From Isurus oxyrinchus (lineage: Eukaryota): a stretch of DNA of 64,000 nucleotides. Positions 50,011-63,226 of the stretch are shown here, piece by piece. Position 1 is the first letter of the stretch; every line of letters starts with the position of its first letter. The position numbers and the translations under genes are program-made. A model generated the notes under the pieces. That model ran no database searches, had not been told where the DNA came from, and saw only the letters and a list, made by a program, of their open reading frames with translations. The DNA lies in contig JANJGN010000013.1 in NCBI GenBank assembly GCA_026770705.1, forward strand, positions 41,168,001-41,232,000. The letters run 5' to 3'.

Positions 50011-51265
50011 ATTTTGTTCTGAACTATTTCTGTCATGGACAATAACAAGACTGGTTGGGTTCTTGAGTTTGCAGCTTATATTTTTAAAATGGTGTTTAGA
50101 GATTATAGTATACACAAGAAAATATTTCTATTGAAGTATCAGTATATGTCTGATGTTTATCACCACTCCAGTTATGGTTACATTTCTGATAAATGTATCA
50201 AACTTAAGATCTACTATTAGATTATGCACATAAGAGGAATAAAGTCTAATTACTGGGAAAGGTCTATTATGAGTACGTTGAATCGTATTGTTTGCACTAT
50301 ATGTATTCTTTCAAGGTCTGGAAAAGATTAATTGACTTCATACAGTTTAAAGCGTTTCTTATGATCAATTTAAGAGTTTAATGGTTGTTTAAAGTCTCCA
50401 TTAACATTTACGGCATATTAACACTACTACTTTGTCCTTTGGGCGATATGACTTCGACCATTAGCGATCATTCTTGAGAAAGTGCAGTATGAGCTACTGA
50501 ATTAACCTATTTGTTAATGTGTCCTCTCCAGAAAATTGTAATTGTGTTGGCATGGTTTGAAAAAAAATAACTTGAGACCTCAACAAGCCATAAATATTTA
50601 ATTTTATTTTTCTAATTTGTCAACACTTTGTGATTGACTTATTGACAAGAGCGTTTAAAAGATTGACAGATTGATGGAATTATGTATTGATGAAATAATT
50701 GATTGCTGCCTGCTTTCAGAAAAAAGGCAAATAGAGGTTCTGAGTGGGAGTTGGTGAGCTGGGCACTTTTGATTTGAAACAGCAATTTAGATGCATTGCA
50801 AGCCTTCAACAACAATAAGCTCAATGGCATAAAATTTTATCTCATTTGTGAAGCAATAATTTTAATTATGAAACCTATTTTAATATGCAGTGAATGACCC
50901 CATGGTTTTCCTTTAAATAAAACAATTGGGTTTGCAATGCATACATACAATAAGGCAATTACCTGCCTTTAATGGAATAGAAATGGAGCTCATAGCCAGT
51001 GCTAATCAGACAGACAAATGTCCTCTTACAATTTTAACAAATTTTCTATTAGGGCAGAATGACTTCAGTGTGTCCCTTATTTATTTTGTTGATTAGTAAA
51101 GCATCCTCATAGAAATTTTCATATGCAAGTTGTTTGTGCTACTTCCTGTAATTGTGAAAGTTAAAAGTATAAATGCTATAAAATTTCAGCTTTTTGTTGA
51201 AATACCTTTGGGATGAAATTTCTCTTTTAATGAAAAGTGTGAAAATGCCTATTTTTCTCCATAAT

Positions 51266-51690
51266 GAACATATGAACTTACGAAATAGGAGCAGAGGTAG
51301 GCCATTCGTCCCCTTGAGCCTACTCCGCCATTCAATAAGGTCGTGGCTGATCTGTTTGTATTTCTAATTCCACATTTCCATCTACCCTCAATATCCTTTG
51401 ATTCCCTTGCCTAACAAAAATCTATCTACCTCTGCCTTAAAGATATGCAATGACTCTGCCTCCACCGTCTTCTGAGGCAGAGAATTCCAAAGTCGCGCAG
51501 GCCTCTGAGAGAAAAATGTTCTCCTAAACTCTGTCCTAAAAGGGCACTGCCTAATTTTAAAACAGTTCCCCATCGTTCTGGACTCATAAGAGGAAACATT
51601 TCTGTGTTCAACTTGTTAAGACCGTTCAGAATCTTGTATACTTCAGTCAAGGCACCCCTCACTCTTCTAAACTCCAGTAGAAACAATCCA
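51266..51690 (-). mobile_element. CR1-clade LINE 3' fragment
   Basis: Minus-strand LEFRRVRGALTEVYKILNGL and FRTEFRRTFFSQR..RLWNSLPQKTVEAESL; same subfamily as 31110-31373. Confidence 0.85.
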
Positions 51691-53943
51691 CTAATAAACA
51701 TGTCATAATGTATAGGTTTGAAACAGGCAATTTTGGACAATGTAACTTTATAAATGGGTCCTTAGGAGGCCAAATTGGTTATGGTGAATTTTTATTGCAT
51801 AGGATTCTGTGAATTGTATTGATGTTCTGTGATTTCGTCTAAAGATAAAACCCGTAGCCTTGCCTACAACATACAAAGGGCCTGTTGTTATAATTAGAGG
51901 TGCTGGCTTATGGTGATGGAATAAGTCCAGTTTGTTTATTTCACATTGGATTTTACTATTTTTCCCTATGATTTTGGGGTTGAATTTTGTCTTTTTTCAG
52001 TGAAAATTGATAACCAACAGCCACAGTCATTAATTAATAGAGAAACTTGACATCCTTTCATGGTTCTAAATGAAATAGCATCTTTTAAAATAATTTTAAT
52101 TTTTGGAGTAGTAAGCTGATGTCCAGCTTATATTAATTTTTAAAAGAAAGCAATTTATTAAATTTTATATCAGGTTTTATATATTTAATGATAAATCAGA
52201 AGCACATCCTTTTTAAAAAAACTGTATTTCCACTGAAGTTTATAGCACATAGACAGGTTTTTCACCATTTAGCAACTAAAGGAACGTTATTTCCTGAAAT
52301 GCAATATAGAAACACATTAATTAAAACTGCAACATAGATTTGTTTCTTTAAATAGTCTAAACTTGTGTTACTTTTCCCCTGAATAGTATTAGAAATGGTG
52401 CATTTTACAACTGTCTTACAGCTAAAGATTGTATAGTAATGGTACCCTCTTTCTAACCTTATAATAAGCTGTTTGTAAACAAGGGAAGTAGTGCTAAAGG
52501 AAATGAAGTACCCTCTAATTAAAGGCTATCATACAATGAGAAAATTATGATATTTGACAATTTAAATAGTGCTGCAACCTCCTACCAAACAAAATTAGGA
52601 GAATAAAATAACAGGGTGCTACTGAGTAAAAGACCATCAAACACACAATTTAGTAAATGGGGAGTACAGCTGAATGTAAACAAATAATTAACCCTCCTGA
52701 CCTCAGAATGTCACTTTACTGTTTTACTCTGGAATTGGTAGGATAAATTACAGTATTTGAGAATAAAAGCTGTCCTCCTTTTAACACTTTGCATCCTGCA
52801 CATTATTCCTTCTGCCTACTGGTACAATCAGGTTATAAATTGTATTACAAGGAAACAACAAGCTTTTGAAATATTCAGAAGTAGTGGTAAACAATGCAAA
52901 GGGTAACTTGCTGTACATTGACTAATTCATTATTAATCAGCCTCAAGAAAATGTCAGAATTTTCACACACTTCCTGCCATTCTCCTCAAAACATCTCATA
53001 TAATTCTAAAATGGAAACATTAATTGCTGACAGAATTTCTGTACCTGCAGGGTATTTCTTTGGCATGCTATGATGCTGGAACATTTTGCAAACAGAGAGA
53101 TGTAGCTTGTTCTCATTTCACTGTCTCAATAAGACATCCTTCAAAATACATTTGTGCAGCAAAGTAACATCTTTAACATTGTTACTGACCTTTAAACCTT
53201 TCCAAAACTTTCTTCAGCATCTAAACCAAACAATTCATTGATTGATAATCTTGAAATGAAACACAAACTCTCTTTCTAGGGAGATATCAGCAAGATATAA
53301 CTTTATGTTGTCTTAGTGACTCATTTCATTGCTGTGTAATATGTCTTGTGTACAAAATTTCTTTACAACATTGATCATTACTGTATATGCTGTAATGTTT
53401 TCAGCTCTTATAACTCTGCTTTTAGTAGATTATTGTTTCAATGAAAAGAGATCAATGATCCAGATTTTGCCGGAGAGAGGCATCTCATTGCCTGCTTCAT
53501 TCATTGCATTTCTTTCCCTCACCCTTCACTCGAAAATTATTTGCCCTTTAAGTTGCTGGGACTGATAACTGTTCGATGAGGGCAATAGGGCATCCAGGAC
53601 CTTTGTTAACAAAAGGACCAACACTCTATCTCCGTAATCAACAAAATTTAAGGATTGAGAAAGAGAAAGGGGAACAACAGAGAAGGAAATAAGGCGAATT
53701 AGACTGAAGTTAGGTACAGAATGGGAAATAAAAGAGGAAATTTTAACCTCAAAATGGACAGATTTGGATTGAGTGAAAGGTTAAAGGATTTGAAACCTGA
53801 GCCCTGACTCCAGCCTGCCTCCAACTCACCCATTTCTGGCTCTAACATGGTGCTAGGCAACCAAGCCCCTCCAAGGAGATACATTGGCAATTTAAATGTT
53901 ATAATGAGGCTCTCTGCCTCATATTTATCCATAATTGTGGGGA

Positions 53944-54232
53944 GATGGTGGTGTAGTTGTAATATCACTGGCCTAGTAATCCAGAGGCCCAGCCTAATGC
54001 CCTGGGGATATGGGTTCAAATCCCACCATGGCAGCTGGTGGGATTTAAATTCAATTAATAAATCTGGATTATAAAGCTCTTCTCAGTAATAGTAACCACG
54101 ACAACTATCATTGATTGTTGTAAAAATCCATCTGGTTCACAAATGTCTTTTAGGAAAGGAAATCTGCCATCCTTATCCAGCCTGGCCTACATGTGACTCC
54201 AGACCCAAAGAAATGTGGTTGACTTCTAACTG
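53944..54232 (+). mobile_element. tRNA-derived SINE (5' part and central domain)
   Basis: A box TGGTGTAGTTG 53949-53959 and B box GGTTCAAATCC 54013-54023; its end (TTGACTTCTAACTG) overlaps in sequence with a fragment at 60762-60817. Confidence 0.75.
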
Positions 54233-57200
54233 CGCTCATGTTATGATATGGCAGGTAGTATTTGACCAAATCCCAAAGGGAAACTTGGCCACGTTGTCAC
54301 AATGATTTTGCAATTTATATTTATTGCAAGAAAGTTTGGACACTGAAGTCAGAAGTAATAAGTCCACTACCACCTTTAGAGATTTAAAAGATTAAATTAA
54401 AACATTTATTAACACAAGAAAAGAAAACTTAAGCACACAAGACTACAATTACACAGTTACATTTAGTTTTATAACAGTTCTCACAAGATTTCTACTTAAC
54501 TAAACTCCAAGCTACACACCCCTCTCAGGTAACACTCCAAAGAGATTCCTATTCTATAAAACATCCAGCAATATTATCACAAGTACCCACTGTTGCTATA
54601 AGGGAGGTATTTCACAGTTCCTTTCTCCCTCTCACTTGACAATGGAACTCTAAAGGCTTTTGACACAACATTATTTACTGGAACAGCAAACTTCTCCAGT
54701 GCACCTTTCAATACCTCACATGGCTGCTCCTCATATGGCTTTCCATCTGTCTCTAAATATGTTTTCTCCTTTTTGTTCTGTAAACTCCATTGTTTCAACC
54801 TTTCTTTGGAAGTTTCTTTTCCCAGAATATAAAAATCTTTCATGCTGTCATTATGGCCAGCACTTTCATGAAAAATAAACTTAATAACTTTGCCCTATTT
54901 ATCTTGCCAGTTGTAAACATCTGTTTAATGTCCCTGAAAATCAAACAACCTCTCAACTTATCTAAAAATGCAGGTTTCATTCACATTGTAGCTGCTGAGA
55001 CTTCACCCTGGCTTACCCAACTCCAGTCAAATGCCTGTTTTACACTTAATCCCTTTTGATGATTCAAACCTTGCAGTCTGACTGTCTGTAGTTTAATTAA
55101 ATGAGTGTGTGGTTAAGGGAGAGAAAAAATGCATCAGAATGGAAGAGTAAGATAAAATTAAAAGATTAAAATTTTCACATTTTTTGAATTCTCTAACAGC
55201 AATGCACTACTTGGAGAAATGACATTCCATATTTTAAATTGTTCCCTTTCTGTGCAAGATTGGTTGGCATTGCAGGAACCTAGATCTCCTCATCAAAAAG
55301 GTACTTATGCTGTCCATTACCAAACTTGGTATTCTGAGGTGACTTTAATTAGACACGTAATGTGCAAATGCAGCAACGCCCTGAAACTCACAGGAGGTGG
55401 AGGGCGAGCTGCTGCTTTTCCAAATTGAACAGCGAAACAGCACAAATCATCCAGCAGTTTGTGACAATTTGCAATGTATGGGATTTCTCTTGATGCAAGC
55501 TGCTGTTAATTTACGTATTAACAATGGCGAGTGCCACTAGATTCACCAGTATTTCAGTAGCATATTCTGGACCAATTTCTGTGTAAATGTAGCAGAGCAA
55601 AGTTAAAGGCTGCAGGAAAGGTCTTGAGGTTCAATTGATTTGAAATGCTTTATTTTTACATTTTGAGAAGAGCACTGATGTCAGGTGCAGCTGAACACTT
55701 TCCTGTGACTACAGGAAAGCCCCGAGGAATGATCAAGAAGCCTAGAACTTTCCCAAAATTCCAAGGTAAACAGAAATCGTATTTGTGCTAATGTACCCTT
55801 GTAAAACATGAAATATTTTAATTCATGTTTTACATACTAAAAGAAGGAATTATCTGGTAATCAGGACATCTACACAGCCTCTACCAATGCCTTCAATAGC
55901 TAACCAGGGCATGCGTGAAGATGTGCAACCAAAGGTAAAATTTACTGTTGATTTCCCCACCTTCAATGTTGGTTGACCCTTGTACCCATTTACTACTGGA
56001 TTCATCAGCATAGCTGGAAATGAGATTCAAATTTGTGTTTGCTATCTTTGATGTATGACATGCCAACACAATGCACCATTCAGATGGTGTTCACAGTGTT
56101 TGCTAACAATGTGAGTTTTGCTGTTTTTGAGTCGTATACCATTTGATTCTTCTGTTAAGACTGCAATATTATTTATGACACGGTGAAAATATTCTGGGCT
56201 TGTCGCATGAGCGCCACATTCTGAGCTTTCAAACTGAAAGGGCATTGTGTTAATGAAAATTGGTTGGTTTGATGAGCTTTGTGCACTATTTGTTGATTTT
56301 GTAAATAGGGCATTAGTGAAATAATGGTTTAGATACTCAGTGATGCCACACCCATTTTTCAGACACAAAACAGGCATCTAAGCAATCATGTACTTGAAGT
56401 GTGCCACCTGCCATATTGGTAAAGGCACAAAAAGAGGGGTTCACATTCTGCGATGGAAACAATGGTTATAGGCCCATTGTACATATAAGTTGTGGGCCCC
56501 ATATCTGTTCCGAGGCCTTTTTTTCAAACTAGGCCAGCTGTGTTCATGAAAACGTGATCTACATGCAGCCTAACCTATGCTTCTTGAAGTGATCGCTGGA
56601 AGCTCCCACCAAGAAGAGGAGCTTAAAAAGTAGTTACCTGAATGTTGAGTGAAGAGGTGCAGGAATGATCCTCCTGGCTACATTGCTGTACAAATCTCTG
56701 TCCCAAACCTCTTCTTGCCCCCTCCTGATCGGCCCCTGCTTGCCTCTCCCAATCACTGTCCTCCTCCCTCGACTGATTGCATCTCCTAGCTACTCCCTTC
56801 CTCATGATTGCTTCCACCATTCTCCTAAGACCTATCTGAGGGCGGCTTCATTGAGGCATTGAAATACTCCTTGCTGGCCAGCTAGCAGGGGAGATTCAGC
56901 AGGTGTCTGCATTTCACTGGTCTCATCTATATGAGGCCAGAGAACCAATATCAGGTGGGCCTTATGCCCATGCTTTCCTGTGCAAGGATTGTCACCTGTG
57001 CCTAATTTGCTTCAGATCGCCAATACAGACCAGTTTCTAAGCATATCTTACCTTTGCAAATGATGAGAAAGCTGCAGAGTACTTTTCATGAAAATGGGGT
57101 CACTTTCACGTCAAAATTTAAAAGAAAAAGTTAATGTTACGAACTGCTTTATTAATCAACAGGTGTTACAGCATTGAATTTGCAGAAACAAAATTTGCAA

Positions 57201-59594
57201 AAATAACACAAATGCTACCATTATGTAGTTATTGACATAACATAATTTAAACATTCCTCGTTAGGAGGATCCTGATGTGGTTATGAAGCAAGCTGGTGAT
57301 TTGAAACCATTTAGAGATGTGGTATATTCTTACAGAGACACTATATTTTGGACTGCATTGAAGTGAACACCAGCTTGTACACACAAGAAGGATGATATAA
57401 ACAGGGTGCAGGGCCAATGATATGTCCTGTGTAAACATGGACTGTTACCATGTAGAGTAAAACATGAATATAAACAGCACATCTTTTATTGCCCTTATTA
57501 TTCCTCTTGCTTTTAATGCACCTGATTTGCCAATTTGCTACTGTTAAGCCATTAACAGTGCGTTTTTATCCTGCGGTGTTTTTGGATGTTTAATAAGCTA
57601 TATAATTCCTCTATTTGGTTTGTATTGTTTTGGTTCACTGAAACCAGCTTTAATTTATTTGTGATTTTATTAACTTTTAATTTTAAACTGATCGGCTGTT
57701 CTGGTTTTTGAAAGGAGAAAGGGATTTCTCTTAAATTCTAGAATTAAGGATCTCCTACCAGGCATGGATACATGAATAATAAAAGAAAGCCTTTAGTCCA
57801 ATATATTTCCTTTCAATAACTTTCACCGTGAATAATTTTTGAAAAGGAATTGTTTCCAATGTTATAACAGAATCAAAATGTGGAGTAAAAATGGTATATT
57901 GTCCTTTGACTAATCGTTGTGAATATAATAGTTGCTTGATTTTTGAACTTGCAATTTGCACTGTGTCTCACAGTTAAAGTCACCCTATCATTTACCATAT
58001 TTACTTCTGAACCAGTTTTACTCATCACTTGTGGTGAGCTGTTTGCATAGGCTTGACGGTGGAAGGACTCCTGGGAGAAAAAGCCAAAAGGGTCCTGATG
58101 ATGATGGATGCCTGATTGGTGCGGTCCCTGGTGCTTCTGCTGAAAATTAAAAGACTATTTGTTAAACGCTAAAAGCCCTCAGGTGCAGCTAGCGGCTGCA
58201 CAATTTGTTTCACTGAAAAGGATGCTATTAAGGGAAGTCTGGAAACAGGAGGGGGTGGGTGAGGGGTGAAACCATTGGCAGAAGACAATAAAGCAGTGAC
58301 AAGCCTCGGGAATCGCATTTGATTGATCAGTGGACAGCTTGACTTCCAGATCATCTCCTATTCAAAAGACCATGTGGACAACTGAAGACTTTTGAGCAAG
58401 TGCTGTTTTCCATGTAGAATTTATACAGTCATTAACCATTTCAGCACTGATTTTTCAGGTAGTTTACAAAATAAGCACTTTCAAATATAGCTGTAATATC
58501 TCATATATATACATATATGAATAAAACTATTAATAGGTTAAATGATGGTTAGCAGTAGTTGTAAGGCAGTTATTCAATTGAGTAGTTCCAATTTTGTCAT
58601 AAATGACAAGAGAAAAGCTTGAGTCTTTATGAATGTCCATGAAACCAACAATTAAATTACTTACTGATAAACATTTATTATGCTTTGTAATATATAACTG
58701 TTAGTTTTTCTTACATAGTTCTTTCATTATTGCCAATCACAATGGATATAAATCAATGTTGTAAAAAGATAATAATGCTCTTAGTGACATTGAGGCTGAC
58801 TTTACATGGGTTTCTGTGAGTGGTTATTGTGCTAGTTTTTTCATTAGAATATCTTACAGGCAACTTATAATTATAAAATAAGATAGATAGGGTACTAAAT
58901 TGCTGTGTGCTTTTTGAAACAATCTCAGTGTTCGGGTGATATCTTTGAAACGTTTAAATTTCATTCTTGGTTTTTTATGACAAACATTTCACACACTCCT
59001 ACACAATTGCCATCCTATTTATTATATATAGCCATTATATATCCAGCATGTATCAGTGAAAAAAATGGAATCAATTACTTCTACTGCTCTGAAACCTTAT
59101 TTACAGTGCATCATTTTTGAATAACAGATTGCTTCAGGTTCAGGCACATGATATGCATGTTGCATTTAGCATTCCTGGGCACTGATCATCTTTCCTTTCT
59201 GTATTTCGGTGTTGTAAACACAATATTCAGTGAAAGAGCCATTGAATATATAAACCATTCAATGAGTGACCAAACAAAACCCAAAAACAACAAGGATGTT
59301 AATGATTTGTCAGGTTTTTCTAGGTCCATTAGCATTCCTAGTGTACATTTTCCAAATAAATATTGCTGGTGTTACCTCTGATTGAAACACAACAAAAATA
59401 CTTTGCATTTTTTTCAGCATAAGACATTCTCCTCAGAGATGGTCATCATTGTTAAATAAATTCTTCCAGAGAAGGGTCAGAAAAGAAAACTTCCTCTGAC
59501 TATTATTTGGGTAGCTCTTTGACGGAAGACTGAAAATGCCCAATCCACCAAAGGCTCATTTGGTTAAGACAGCACACATCTGAACCAGGCTACA

Positions 59595-60620
59595 GGGCCC
59601 AGATTTTTTGCCCCCAGGTCGGATGCGCAGAGTTGGGAGATTTCCAGGCTCAGTGAACCTGACCTTTAAAAATGTCTGCCTGCAGCTCAGATTTTTGGCC
59701 AGTTGGGGGTTGATGCTGAAACAGGAATCAGGACGGGCAACCTTGGAATGAATGCAGAGGCTGCCGGGTGCAGAGATGGTCTGGGCGCTGGGCCTACCTC
59801 AGTGCTCTGGCACTGTGTTTAAATAAAAAAAGTAATAAAAGAAGAAACACCCCTCCAGCCCTCTCCTCTCACCCCCCTCTCTCCTCACACACTCCCTATG
59901 CCCAATCCATGCCAACCCATGCCCCTTTACCCACCCCATGGCCCCTCATATCCCCTATGCCAGTTCATACCCCTCGACCCACCTCATGGGCTCTAATGCT
60001 CCTATGTCAAATTATTGCCAACCCATACCCTCCACACACCACCCTTTGCAATTAATCCCGCCATGCCAACTCTCCTAGCATCCTTGGACACTTCCTAAAC
60101 AGCTCTGACAGCTTTAGAACTTCCTGAACAGCTTTGACACTTCCTGGACATCTGGACAGTTCCTTGACAGGTTGACAGTCCCTTGACAGCTTGGTAGTTT
60201 CTTGACATCTGTACAGTTCCAATGAGTTTTTGTGTAAAAAAGGACATAATCATGTTTAATTTTAACAATCCCAAAGGATGCCTTACCATTCCCAAAGGTG
60301 TCCTGGGACCCTATCCAAAGGGGTATCTTACCTATGCAGAATAGGGTAACCTGGCTGTCCAAATGAATCAACTAAGTTCAAACTTCCCCATACCTCTGCA
60401 CATTCTGGGTTTCATGTAGCTCAGGTTCAAAAATGGGAAGTCAGTGGAGGCAGCTGGTGATTTAAGTGGCCAGCTGCCTCCATGATTTGCGCATGTGTGA
60501 ACCCCAGCCCGATTCCAGTCCTGCCCCCACGAAGGTGGGAAACGCTGGGTTCAGGGGTGGGACTCAGAAAATTCAGCCATTTCTGGGATTTTTGACATGA
60601 CAGAGGGCATCTATGGCCTA
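59595..60620. mobile_element. Probable non-autonomous DNA element containing a minisatellite
   Basis: GC-richer block beginning GGGCCCAGATTTT, with GAAAATTCAGCC near its end, a C-rich low-complexity tract (59850-60070) and tandem repeats. Boundaries are uncertain. Confidence 0.35.
60084..60220 (+). repeat. Degenerate ~9-10-nt-unit minisatellite (TTGACAGCT / GGACACTTCC)
   Basis: Recurring units such as CTGACAGCT, TTGACACTTCC, TGGACATCT, GGACAGTTCC, TTGACAGG, TTGACAGTCC, TTGACAGCT. Confidence 0.7.
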
Positions 60621-61559
60621 AGTTTCAATGTTTGCTCTGCAATTTTAACTGCAGTCATGCCATAGGTTTTTCAATTGGCCTCAGTGCCCTGGGCTAGTGA
60701 GAGTTTATATTCTTCATCTCTAGTCAGACTTGACTTTTGAGGACAGGATCATTTGACAGCAATTGACTCTTAACTGACGTCTGAAGTGTCCTAGCAAACC
60801 AACTTAGTTGTATCAAATACACCGACAAATGAAAATAAAATGTACCCCACGATAATTGATGAGCCTAAAGATACTTGCTCACTTGGCCTCAAGTATGAAG
60901 AATATAAGAGGACACACAGTGTAATCAGAATTATTTTACAGCAAAACACCAGCACTTGCAGAAGAGGAGAAGGAAGAAGGGGACAAGATTTGAACAAGGA
61001 AATGGTATAGGGTACTAAATATTGAGTCCATTCTCCATTGATACCAAGGTGAGCACTAATCAGAAACAATATTGATAGATTCTGTATGGGCAGACTTTTC
61101 ACAGTTAAAGAATTTAGGGCCAAAAATCTTCAGTCAAGTAAAGGGCCTGCAGTAATATTGGGCACAGATATACCCAATGGTGGCTGAAAATCTGGCAAAA
61201 ACATTAGGGATTTCTGCTTAGATCCACCTTGAATTTCCAACCATCTCAAACAATGTCTGAGGCAGCTTGGTGGAGGGGAAGGAATTCCAATGATGGGAAT
61301 TTTCCTGGTTCTGACCTCCCATCCGCTGAATGACCTGGCTGCCAGTGGGAATCTAGAGTACAGGGCAGTTCAGTAGTGTCAGTGGGGGTCACTAGAGACT
61401 CCTGGCCTGGTTGTCGATTCAGTCCTGGCACTATATATCCTCTGGTCCTCCTGAAAAAGAAATGTCTTATCCAGTGCTTTTCTTGCTCCTTGCTCTGGTG
61501 GCCCTCCAAGTTGCATGTATTTAAGTTAAATGACTCTGTTCTGTTCCTGGAAGACCCCC

Positions 61560-62120
61560 CCCACCGCCATGATTTTACTTTTCATCAGAGTTCTCACACC
61601 CCCCATCGAAAAAGTCAGTAGCAAGCCCGCTCCCACTCTAGTGGGTTGCCCCACAGCCATTTAATGCCTTCAGGGATGTTAACTGGCTCAGAGTGAGACT
61701 TCTGCTCCCATCTGGGGAGGAGGTCCCACCTCCAAGCTGGTGACCAATCCAGTCCCACATGATGATCTTCAATTAGGCCAGATAGGGAGGTAGGCTGGGG
61801 GAGGGCGGGTGGGTAGTTCCAGTGGAGCCATGCTAGAAGGCCCCAGTGAGGTGGGTGGTGGCTGGTTTACACTGGCTGGGGGTGGTGGCAGGGGAAACCT
61901 GGACTATGCACTCCTTTGGGGGAAGGTCCTTTATTGGGCCCAGGGGTACTGCAAAAAAGAATCCCTCCCTTTCCTGCCAACAGCCTGAGAGGCAAGACCT
62001 GGTGGGCTTCAAACTAGGCTCTGGGCTCCATCCACCATGACAAAAATTTCAGTGGGGCAGCAAGGCCCCTAAATGGTGAGTAATTGCCCACTCAAGGGCC
62101 TCAATTGGCCCAAGGGCTGG
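61560..62120. mobile_element. Degenerate GC-rich non-autonomous element, probably related to the 37.4-kb MITE
   Basis: Shares motifs such as AAGGGC...AATTGG and TAATTGCCCA with 37.9 kb; no clear TSD. Confidence 0.3.
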
Positions 62121-62146
62121 TTTGGTCCATAGTGCCTGAAAGAGCT

Positions 62147-62280
62147 ATCCAGTTGGTTCCACTCCCCTGCTCTCTCACCATAGCCCTGAATAATTTTCCT
62201 TTTTAAGTATTTATCCTTCTGAAACTTACTGTTCAATCTGCTTCCAATACCCCTTCAGCTCGTGCATTCCAGATCGTAGT
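62147..62280 (-). mobile_element. Short CR1 3' fragment
   Basis: Reverse complement reads ATCTGGAATGCAC...GGAAGCAGATTGAA...GGATAAATACTTAAAAAGGAAAATTATTCAGGGCTATGG, similar to 39560-39690. Confidence 0.6.
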
Positions 62281-62380
62281 GTGTTGTGTAAAACAATAAC
62301 TGTGGCTTTAACCTAGAAGTCTGGCTTTAACAGCAAACACAGAGGTTTCCCAAGCTGTGTGGAATTCACTGGCGTCAACA

Positions 62381-63226
62381 AGATGAGACTACAGAGGGAT
62401 ATAGACAGGTTAAGTGAGTGGGCAAAAACTTGGCAGGTGGAATATAATGTGGGAAAATGTGAGGCTATGCACTATGGCAGGAAGAATAGAGGAGCTGAAT
62501 ATTATTTAAATGGAGAAAGACTGCAGAAGGCCGCAGCAAAGAGGGATTTGGGAGTCCTTGTTCATGAATCCCAAAAAGCTAACATACAAGTTCAACAGGT
62601 AATAGGGAAGGCAAATGGAATGTTGGCCTTTATTTCAAAGCGGATGGTGCATAAAAATAGGGAAGTCTTACTAAAACTATCCAAGGCACTAGTTAGACCA
62701 CACCTAGAATACTGTGAACAGGTTTGGTTGCCTTATCTAATGAAAGATATACTGGTTCACTAGGTTGATCCTGGGTATGCAGGAATTTTCTTATGAGGAA
62801 AGGTTGAGTTGGTTGGACCTGGACTCATTGGAGTTTAGAAGAATGAGAGGCGACCTTATTGAAACGTATAAGATTCTTAGGGGGCTTGACAGGGTAGATG
62901 CTGAGGGGTTGTTTTCCCTTGTGGGAGAGTCTAGAACCAGAGGGCATAATCTCAGAGTAAGGGGTCGCCCATTTAAAACAGAGATGAGGAAGAATTTCTT
63001 CGCTCAGAGGGTAGTTAATCTGTGGAATTATTAACCGCAGAGGGCTGTAGAAGCTGGGTCGTTAAATATATTCAAAGACGAGATAGACAGATTTTTAATC
63101 AGTAAGGGAATCAAGGGTTATACGGAAAGAGCAGGAAAGCGGAGTTGAGGATTATCAGATCAGCCATGATCTTATTGCAGACTCAATGGGCTGAATGGCC
63201 TGCTTCTGCTCCTATGTCTTATGGTC
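62381..63226 (+). mobile_element. 5'-truncated CR1-clade LINE (RT C-terminus and 3'UTR)
   Basis: LQRDIDRLSEWAKTWQVEYNVGKC..MHYGRKN...RDLGVLV...RPHLEYC..VW, then YEERL...RRMRGDLIETYKILRGLDRVD...RTRGHNL...FFAQRVVNLWN; an internal deletion or frameshift near 62755; tail CCTATGTCTTATGGTC. Confidence 0.9.

Noticed and set aside
53944-54030. tRNA gene
   Set aside because: A and B boxes are present, but the sequence runs on into a SINE body with no clean cloverleaf. The same applies to 39879-39945.
60084-60220. CRISPR-like array
   Set aside because: Degenerate short tandem units with no unique spacers, in a vertebrate context.
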